64,000 bases of DNA from an uncultured Candidatus Saccharibacteria bacterium (GTDB lineage: Bacteria > Patescibacteriota > Minisyncoccia > Phycocordibacterales > CAZNKJ01), in the NCBI GenBank assembly GCA_964574145.1, contig CAZNKJ010000003.1, forward strand, positions 4,787-68,786, read 5' to 3'. A program made the translations under genes and the position numbers. Positions 57,303 to 64,000 of this stretch are shown in pieces. Within the stretch, counting starts at the first letter, position 1. Each line of letters begins with the position of its first letter. Under the pieces are notes generated by a model that was given only the letters and a program-made list of their open reading frames with translations, was not told the origin of the DNA and did not search any database.

Positions 57303-57350
57303 TTTGTTTGCTCCGTCTATATGATGAAATCCGAACTTATTTCGAGCAGA
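57303..57350 (+). repeat. Cassette-boundary site 7
   Basis: tttgtttGCTCC plus tail LRLYDEIRTYFEQ; left flank matches site 1 (tttgtttg). Confidence 0.7.
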
Positions 57351-57359
57351 GCTCGACCA

Positions 57360-58161
57360 CTACCGCGCCGAGCGCGCGGTAACTCCAAACTCTGTCTTAC
57401 GCTCCGATGATGTGGTAATTCCTCGCGCCTCATCGCCTCGCTTCGCTCGGCTCCCAAAAACAGAAATGGGTCTTTGCGTTTTTTTACGACTCGCTACGCT
57501 CCCTGCACTGCTGTTTGCTTCGCAAACAGGGAGTTTTTTTCTCTGCCCCCAATATTTTTTACAAGAAGGAAAAGAACATTTCTGTTTTTGCGCCCTGCTC
57601 ACAAGTTCGCAGAGATAAGTCGCTCCCGACGACGACGTTTGTGGTGTCCTCAGATCATTTCCTTTATTGATAGCGCTTTCGGGAGGCGCCCTCGGCATTC
57701 GCCTCGGGCTATTTCCGCTAGGGCTACGAGCGCCTAGATGCCTAGGAGTGTCGCTATTCCTCGCAAATGCGCCTTGCTAGGCGCTTGCTCGGGCGACACA
57801 CAGTTTGGGGGAAGGAAGGAATCCTTCCCCCAGCGTCGGGCTCCTCCTCGCAGAGGTCGTTCAGTGTGTACGGTGCCGTACAGATAACAAAGTACGTCGA
57901 GAGTTTATCTTTCGCTTTAACGTGCCTTCGGAGTCCGCCCTCGCACAACCCCCATCCTCGTTTTCATATCGAACTTTCATCGTGTCGCTTCCGCTACTAA
58001 CCCACACATTGCAAAAGAGGGACGGCGCTCGTCCTTTAGCCCTGGACGCTCCTAGCGGAAATAGGCCGAAGCGCTAACCTTATGTGCTTGCCCCATGCCG
58101 CATTGGTACGCGGCTCCCGCCCGTGCGCGCACAAACCCCGCCCGCGCCAGCGGGCGGGGTT
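57360..58161. other. GC-rich, probably non-coding structured tract
   Basis: Abrupt GC rise, recurring cctcgc/cgctcg/tcgct words, terminal hairpin aaccccgcccgc-gcca-gcgggcggggtt; only low-complexity overlapping ORFs. Confidence 0.6.
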
Positions 58162-58190
58162 CTACCTTATATCACAAACTTCATGTATTG

Positions 58191-58931
58191 TTATCGATAA
58201 CAAAAAATACTGATGAGCATATCGTAATCAAACCTACTTTCAATTTTAATGAATGGCTGGTTGCTCTTGATTCCCGAGCACTCAATATAGTATTTAAACC
58301 CGGCATCGCTAATTAACTGTAATAATTCATTAAAAGACTGTCGACTATCCTTTATTGAATGAAATTCTATAAACATCCGCTCCACATTCCCCAACTTGTC
58401 TTTACATTCTTCGAGAACCTCCATTTCTGATCCTTCAATGTCAATTTTCAAAAAATCAACCTTTTTGTCCAAAAATGTACTCAAAACCACCGTGTCAACC
58501 AGAAAGGTGGTGTCGTCATTATTTATTGCCTTTCTGCTACCATCGGCATGGTCGCCATGAAAAGCTATTCTTTGAATTTTATCTGAAAGTGCTTTCTCAA
58601 TTAACTTTACTTCGTCAAAATCTTGCGTATTCTGCTTAAATAACTCTACAGCGGTTGCATCTGGCTCAAATGCAAGAATTGTTGCATTTGGGTACTTTTG
58701 CTTGAAATAAATAGTTGCAAGGCCTATATTTGCACCGCAATCAATAATAAAAGGGTCGTCTTTTTCTGTTGCGAAGCGAAATGCTTCTCTAAAAAATATC
58801 TCCTCGCACATGTGCAAAAACGCCCACTTATCTAAAGCACGACAGCGGAAACCAAGGTATGTCGTGGTAAATGGAGTGTATCTTTTTAAGTTTACTATCT
58901 TAAATCGTTTAAAAAGAGATATCAGTGACAT
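58191..58931 (-). CDS. FkbM-family methyltransferase
   Basis: IIDCGANIG, AFEPD, FLKIDIEGSE, FIEFH. Confidence 0.93.
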   Translation of the reverse strand: MSLISLFKRFKIVNLKRYTPFTTTYLGFRCRALDKWAFLHMCEEIFFREAFRFATEKDDPFIIDCGANIGLATIYFKQKYPNATILAFEPDATAVELFKQNTQDFDEVKLIEKALSDKIQRIAFHGDHADGSRKAINNDDTTFLVDTVVLSTFLDKKVDFLKIDIEGSEMEVLEECKDKLGNVERMFIEFHSIKDSRQSFNELLQLISDAGFKYYIECSGIKSNQPFIKIESRFDYDMLISIFCYR

Positions 58932-58936
58932 ATGGC

Positions 58937-60274
58937 TTAGATGTGACGCTTAATTAGTGACACCAATTGTTCGCAGGATACCGATATCTGCTCTTGTGAC
59001 TTAAGGATTTTAATTTTTGCAGTTAGTGCCTTCTGTTCATTTTCTCCAAGAATTACGATGGCAGGTATCCTCTTCTTTAGAGCGTAAGCGATCTTCCCAC
59101 CCATCTGTGTTTCTTTGCCGATGTACATCTCGCTCGCTATGTTAGCTTGTCGCAAAGTGGCCAGAATCTCCAAGGCATATTTTTCTGAAGAGCCATCGAT
59201 TGTAACTATCAATGCCTTTGTGGGGGTGGACACATCTCTTTTGATCATGCCCAGGCTGTCCATCGCGGCAAAAAGGCGGTCTACTCCAATTGAAGCACCA
59301 ACTGCTGATACTTGTTGAATACCAAAACTAGAAACGAGTTCATTGTATCTGCCACCGGAAAATACACTCCCTATATCGGGCAAATCGTCCAAAACCGTTT
59401 CAAACACAATGCCCGTATAATAGCCGAGACCGCGAGCAATTGAAGTGTCAATTCGCCAGTTGCTGTCAGGTATTCCGTAACTCTTTAGATATGAAGTAAG
59501 TTGTTTTAATTCGTGTACGCCATCGTTTGAAGCTGATTTTTCGCTCATGAGTTTCTCCAAATCCTCTAGGATTTGTTCGGTGGATATATTTTTTGTACTT
59601 AGTTCGACAAAATCTTTTATGAAATTAACCTGATCGTCATTAATTTTTAATTTATCTACTAGCTCCTTAGACACGCCAGACCAACTAATTTTATCCAATT
59701 TATCTAATATTCGTGAAATATCAGCTAACAGCGACTCTTTGAATCCTGCTATAGCAGGTAGGGCGTTTAGAATCTTTCTATTGTTAACCCTAACTGTGAA
59801 TTTATTGAAACCAAGTTCTTTAAGAGTTGTATAAATCAAAGAAATTACTTCCGCATCCGCCAACAGTGAATCAGTACCGACGATATCGGCATCAAATTGA
59901 AGAAACTCGCGGTATCTACCTGCTTGCGGTCTTTCTCCACGCCACACTTTACCGGATTGATAGCGTCTAAATGGTTTTATGAACTTACTACCGTTGGCTG
60001 CTACAACACGAGCCAGAGGTACCGTTAAATCAAATCTCAGAGCGAATTTTTCTTCTCCTCGCTGGTGACCCACCTTAAATATTTGCTTCTTAAAATTTTC
60101 ATCTCCTCCGGTCAAAATCTCTTCTCGCTCAATTCCCGGGGTATCCAGTGGTGCAAATCCATAGCGCTCAAATACCACGCGAATAGTATCGAGCATTTTC
60201 TGACGCGGAATCATATCCTCGGGAAGATAGTCTCTGAATCCGCTTCCTAACTCTGGTTTGATAGTCTTTTTCAT
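58937..60274 (-). CDS. hisS: Histidine--tRNA ligase (second, divergent copy)
   Basis: GFRDYLP, LRFDLTVPLAR, WRGERPQAGRYREFLQFDAD, RGLGYYTG, SGGRYN, anticodon-binding domain present. Confidence 0.93.
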   Translation of the reverse strand: MKKTIKPELGSGFRDYLPEDMIPRQKMLDTIRVVFERYGFAPLDTPGIEREEILTGGDENFKKQIFKVGHQRGEEKFALRFDLTVPLARVVAANGSKFIKPFRRYQSGKVWRGERPQAGRYREFLQFDADIVGTDSLLADAEVISLIYTTLKELGFNKFTVRVNNRKILNALPAIAGFKESLLADISRILDKLDKISWSGVSKELVDKLKINDDQVNFIKDFVELSTKNISTEQILEDLEKLMSEKSASNDGVHELKQLTSYLKSYGIPDSNWRIDTSIARGLGYYTGIVFETVLDDLPDIGSVFSGGRYNELVSSFGIQQVSAVGASIGVDRLFAAMDSLGMIKRDVSTPTKALIVTIDGSSEKYALEILATLRQANIASEMYIGKETQMGGKIAYALKKRIPAIVILGENEQKALTAKIKILKSQEQISVSCEQLVSLIKRHI

Positions 60275-61167
60275 AAATTCTTCAAATTAAGATCGATTTT
60301 TTCATACCCATCACTAACAGCATGTAATCCCGTTGAGGCTTTTTTATATATTTGCAAATGATGCATACCGCAAGTATTCCATCCTGTGCCCACACCTTTC
60401 AGTAGACTGACTTTCTCTCCCTCCTCATAATCGTCTTTGGTGAGATTTAGAATTTCGTATGCATTCACGGCGGCACCATAATGTTCCGAGCAATCTTGTG
60501 CTAATCGGTATATTCTGTCTTTAAACCTCATAACTGGACCAGCTGGTCGAGATGCACCGTTGTCTCTTGTAAGTAAGGGGCTTCGAGTATGCCGTGACCA
60601 TTCGCCAAGGAATCCACCATTAGCGATGAACAAGTTGAGGGTTGAAAAATCTAATTCAGATGCAGCAAACATATACCATGTCCCGTTATGTTCAAAGGGT
60701 GTAGGGTCGTAATATTTGCCCTGTAACAGCACTTTATATAAAGACCAAGAATCCAGACTGTCATCAGACGATATATAAACACGTACATCAGATGCTTCAG
60801 CGGACTCAATTGTCATAAATATCTGTCCATTATATTCAGTGATGATTGGGTACGACAAATGAAAACTTTCTTCAAGAACAAAACGAAAATTACCCCATTC
60901 ATCTTTCTCTGTGTTTCTCTCAGCCTTGCCAATTACTCCCTTACCATCAATATTTAACGACTCAAAGAATAGGTGTTCCTTACCGTTTATGTCAATATAC
61001 ACAAAGGGATCGGCTATATATATGCTCCGCAACTTCTTAAGTGCGTCATGTTTCCTCGATTGTAATATAAATTCAGGATGCTGAGCACTCACCTGAAATG
61101 AGAATGGATCGCTTCCTTTGAGACCTATCACTGTGAAAACATCATCATTTATGATACGCTTTTGCAT
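60271..61167 (-). CDS. Five-bladed beta-propeller glycoside hydrolase-like protein (GINT1 N-terminal-like)
   Basis: ADPF, HLSYP, DPT, SRPAG, YRLAQDCSEHYG, GMHH motifs; start MQKRII. Confidence 0.75.
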   Translation of the reverse strand: MQKRIINDDVFTVIGLKGSDPFSFQVSAQHPEFILQSRKHDALKKLRSIYIADPFVYIDINGKEHLFFESLNIDGKGVIGKAERNTEKDEWGNFRFVLEESFHLSYPIITEYNGQIFMTIESAEASDVRVYISSDDSLDSWSLYKVLLQGKYYDPTPFEHNGTWYMFAASELDFSTLNLFIANGGFLGEWSRHTRSPLLTRDNGASRPAGPVMRFKDRIYRLAQDCSEHYGAAVNAYEILNLTKDDYEEGEKVSLLKGVGTGWNTCGMHHLQIYKKASTGLHAVSDGYEKIDLNLKNL

Positions 61168-61191
61168 GCAGGTCAATGTTACCTTATTTAT

Positions 61192-61785
61192 ATGACAATG
61201 GAAAGTAAAGGCGATTCTGTTTATCAAAAATTTGATATGCCTCCGCGCGAGGTTGTTGCTTTGTACGAGCTTCTAATCAACCATTCGATACCTGCATGGC
61301 TAGATGGCGGCTGGGCCGTTGACGCTCTGGCAAAACAACAAACCAGACCACATCAAGATGTTGATTTCTTGGTTCCAATTCAGTACACAAATAAATTATT
61401 AAACATCTTTCACGTTCGTGGTTTTACTGTAGATGAGAAGGAAACAGAATTGCCCTATAGACTCGTTGTATTAAATCAAAAAGAATCACTCATGATTGAT
61501 TTTCATTTAGTCATTCCACAAGATGACGGATCAATGATATTTCGGATTACTAACTACAAAGAAAATATTCCGAGTTATGATCATCGATATCTAAAAGTTG
61601 GTTTGGGTGGTATTGGTGTTGTTGACGGTGTAAATATTCCCTGCATTACACTGGATGAGCAAGTTAGATGCCGTACCACTAGAAAGTATTCATTTGAAGA
61701 CCCGGATAGACAGCGACAGGGTGGCATAAACGCAGACATTCACGATCTGGAAATAATAAAGAAGCTACAAAATGAACTACTATAG
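61192..61785 (+). CDS. Nucleotidyltransferase, lincosamide (Lnu/Lin) / aminoglycoside ANT(2'') superfamily
   Basis: WLDGGWAVDAL..QQTRPHQDVD, IDFH, IPCIT.DEQ. Confidence 0.85.
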   Translation: MTMESKGDSVYQKFDMPPREVVALYELLINHSIPAWLDGGWAVDALAKQQTRPHQDVDFLVPIQYTNKLLNIFHVRGFTVDEKETELPYRLVVLNQKESLMIDFHLVIPQDDGSMIFRITNYKENIPSYDHRYLKVGLGGIGVVDGVNIPCITLDEQVRCRTTRKYSFEDPDRQRQGGINADIHDLEIIKKLQNELL

Positions 61786-62971
61786 TGCTTCGAAGAATAA
61801 TGTGACGATAATTGGTGGGTGTGGCCATGTTGGTCTTCCGCTCGGACTAGTTTTATCTGACAAGGGGTATTTTGTGTCTCTCTATGACATTGATGTGGAG
61901 GCAATCAATTCAATAAATTGTTCGATAATGCCTTTTAAAGAAGATGGAGCTCCAGAATTATTGAAAAAAGTAAGAGATACAGGGAAATTGATTGCCACAG
62001 ACAATAAAAATAGCGTCAAAGACGCTGATGTGGTCGTTATTACCCTAGATACTCCACTGGATGAACATTTAAATCCTGATGTCTCTAAATTCATTAACGT
62101 TACAAAAGAGTTAGAGCCACTTTTTAACTCCGATCAATTAATAATTCTTAGAAGTACTTTATATCCGGGAGCTGCCAACTGGATTCATGAATATTTTATG
62201 CGACAGGGTAAGTCGTTGAATATCGCCTTTTGTCCAGAACGAATAGCCGAAGGACATGCTATTAATGAACTGCAAACATTGCCACAGATTGTCTCAGGGT
62301 GCACTAAAGAATCAGTTGCGCTTGCTACTGATTTTTTCAAAATTATTACAGCAAAAATTATGGTGACCAGCCTCGCTGAGGCAGAGCTAGCGAAGTTGAT
62401 GACTAATACCTGGAGATACGTTAGTTTTGCTGTCGCAAACCAGTTTTATATGATAGCGAGTGAAAACGACGTTGACTTTCAAAATGTGTATTCTGCCATG
62501 ACTACCGACTATCCAAGGATGAATTCTTTTCCAGCCGCTGGTTTTAGTGCTGGACCATGTTTAGTTAAAGACACGATGCAGTTATTGAACTTCGCAAACA
62601 ATCGATTTCCTTTGGGGGAGGCAGCTAGACAAGTGAACGAAGGGATGCCGCGTTTTGTGGTGAACAAAATTAAAAAAGAACACGACATCAAAAATATGAC
62701 TGTGGGCATATTAGGTATGGCCTTTAAAGCAGACAGTGATGACCCTCGCCAAAGCCTTGCGTATAGGCTAAGGAAAATACTTGAAATTGAGGCAAAAGAT
62801 GTTATCTGTAGTGACCCACACATTACCGATCTTCGTTTCTGTAGTATTCACGATGTTATTAATCAGTCAGATGTAGTTATCATCGGTGCTCCTCATAGGG
62901 AGTACAGAAATTTAAAATTTAGTGACAAAACACATGTTGTTGATATCTGGAATTTATATGGAAAACAATAA
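61772..62971 (+). CDS. Nucleotide-sugar dehydrogenase (UDP-Glc/GDP-Man/UDP-ManNAc family)
   Basis: GGCGHVGLP, LRSTLYPG, FCPERIAEG, AGPCLVKD, LGMAFKADSDD. Confidence 0.93.
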   Translation: MNYYSASKNNVTIIGGCGHVGLPLGLVLSDKGYFVSLYDIDVEAINSINCSIMPFKEDGAPELLKKVRDTGKLIATDNKNSVKDADVVVITLDTPLDEHLNPDVSKFINVTKELEPLFNSDQLIILRSTLYPGAANWIHEYFMRQGKSLNIAFCPERIAEGHAINELQTLPQIVSGCTKESVALATDFFKIITAKIMVTSLAEAELAKLMTNTWRYVSFAVANQFYMIASENDVDFQNVYSAMTTDYPRMNSFPAAGFSAGPCLVKDTMQLLNFANNRFPLGEAARQVNEGMPRFVVNKIKKEHDIKNMTVGILGMAFKADSDDPRQSLAYRLRKILEIEAKDVICSDPHITDLRFCSIHDVINQSDVVIIGAPHREYRNLKFSDKTHVVDIWNLYGKQ

Positions 62972-63995
62972 AAAGCTGAAAATATTAGTTACTGGTTCCG
63001 CTGGATTCATAGGCGGTTATCTCGTGGAGGAATTACTTAACGCTGGGCATACAGTAATTGGCATAGATAACTACAGCAAATACGGCAACATCAGTAAGAG
63101 TTATGATTCTCACCCTAACTATCACTTTACTGAGGGTGACGTCAAAGACGTTGAACTGTTAAAAAAACTTATAGCGGGGTGTGACCAAATTATTGCACTA
63201 GCAGCAAAAATTGGAGGTATCTCATATTTCCATACATGGGCATATGATCTACTTTCGGAAAATGAACGTATTACTGCTGCGACCTTTGATGCCGCTATTC
63301 ACGAATATATAAACGGGGAGCTTCAAAAAATCAATGTTATCTCTTCTTCTATGGTCTATGAAAGCACAACGACCTTCCCCACACCCGAGGGAGAACAGCG
63401 TCGTTGTCCGCCACCTTCATCCACGTACGGTTTTCAGAAACTTGCATGTGAATACTTCGCCCAAGGTGCGTTTGAACAATATGGTTTGCCATATACAATA
63501 GTTCGTCCCTTCAATTGTGTTGGAACTGGGGAAATGCGCGCAAAAGACGATAAGGATATCATGTCCGGGAATATTAAGTTGGCAATGAGTCATGTCGTAC
63601 CTGATTTAGTTCAAAAAATTATTAAGGGGCAGGATCCTTTGCATATATTGGGTGATGGGTCACAAGTTCGTCATTACACATTCGGGGGTGATTTAGCCAG
63701 GGGCATAAAAGTGTGTGTCGAAAACAGTGCTGCTTTGAATGAAGATTTCAATCTATCAACCCAGAAATCTACCACTGTACTAGAACTTGCGAACCTAATC
63801 TGGAACAAAATAAACCCAGATAAGACTTTTTGCTCTGTTTCAGAAGAACCCTTTCTCTATGATGTACAAAAGCGAATACCAGATACCAGAAAAGCAGAAA
63901 AATTGCTTAGTTATAAAGCTGACACGGATATCGAACAGGTCTTGGATGTAGTGATACCATGGATAAAAAACCAAATAAGATTAAACAATATTTAA
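62958..63995 (+). CDS. NAD-dependent epimerase/dehydratase (extended SDR)
   Basis: VTGSAGFIG, SSSMVYE, YGFQK, RPFNCVG; start MENNKK. Confidence 0.94.
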   Translation: MENNKKLKILVTGSAGFIGGYLVEELLNAGHTVIGIDNYSKYGNISKSYDSHPNYHFTEGDVKDVELLKKLIAGCDQIIALAAKIGGISYFHTWAYDLLSENERITAATFDAAIHEYINGELQKINVISSSMVYESTTTFPTPEGEQRRCPPPSSTYGFQKLACEYFAQGAFEQYGLPYTIVRPFNCVGTGEMRAKDDKDIMSGNIKLAMSHVVPDLVQKIIKGQDPLHILGDGSQVRHYTFGGDLARGIKVCVENSAALNEDFNLSTQKSTTVLELANLIWNKINPDKTFCSVSEEPFLYDVQKRIPDTRKAEKLLSYKADTDIEQVLDVVIPWIKNQIRLNNI

Positions 63996-64000
63996 TTGTT

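Noticed and set aside
46149-57350. Classical integron or CRISPR interpretation of the boundary repeats
   Set aside because: No IntI tyrosine recombinase, no attC palindrome with R'/R'' boxes seen, intervals are gene-sized and the repeats too degenerate for CRISPR.
56843-57382. 179-aa plus-strand ORF running into boundary site 7
   Set aside because: Antisense to the SD-led 56753-57211 gene and lacks recombinase motifs; only its last residues are the boundary tail.
57360-58316. Several overlapping short ORFs
   Set aside because: Arg/Ala/Pro-rich products expected from GC-rich non-coding DNA; mutually overlapping on both strands.
1-64000. Alternative genetic code (TGA=Gly, as in Gracilibacteria/Absconditabacteria)
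   Set aside because: Core genes are full length in code 11, and dnaE, rnhB and dnaG end at TGA.

Overview
Low-GC bacterial chromosome segment with the gene content of a Patescibacteria/CPR (Parcubacteria-like) genome; the taxonomy is an inference, and TGA acts as a stop codon. Positions 1-41.3 kb are mostly core genes (thrS, dnaE, rnhB, rpmF, nusB-NUDIX fusion, rnc, short smc, rnr, rpsP-khpA-HD-trmD, rpoB, rpoC, dnaG, rpoD, UvrD-nuclease, uppP, hisS, truB, typA). Interspersed are a hicB-hicA-peptidase S51 islet bounded by a 38-bp duplication of the trmD 3' end, a triple-LamG surface protein with a G13 tract, a palindromic REP-like array, a candidate ~200-nt ncRNA, and a SET-domain gene facing an unannotated 39-aa histone-tail-like peptide. 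41.4-44.3 kb is an FMN-bind/ApbE/RnfD-like flavinylation operon. From ~45 kb the window is accessory DNA. The strongest unexplained signal is seven copies of a degenerate site (GCTCC core followed by a start-less, codon-conserved tail L-[RP]-x4-[FVIL]-R-[TAI]) at 46149, 46609, 53896, 55088, 56054, 56662 and 57310. These sites separate promoter- and terminator-bearing segments, mostly single genes, like an integron-style array with no integrase in view. The region also holds a leader-peptide attenuator upstream of a GNAT, GC-richer purL/purM, a GC-rich non-coding tract, and a glycan-modification cluster with a second HisRS.
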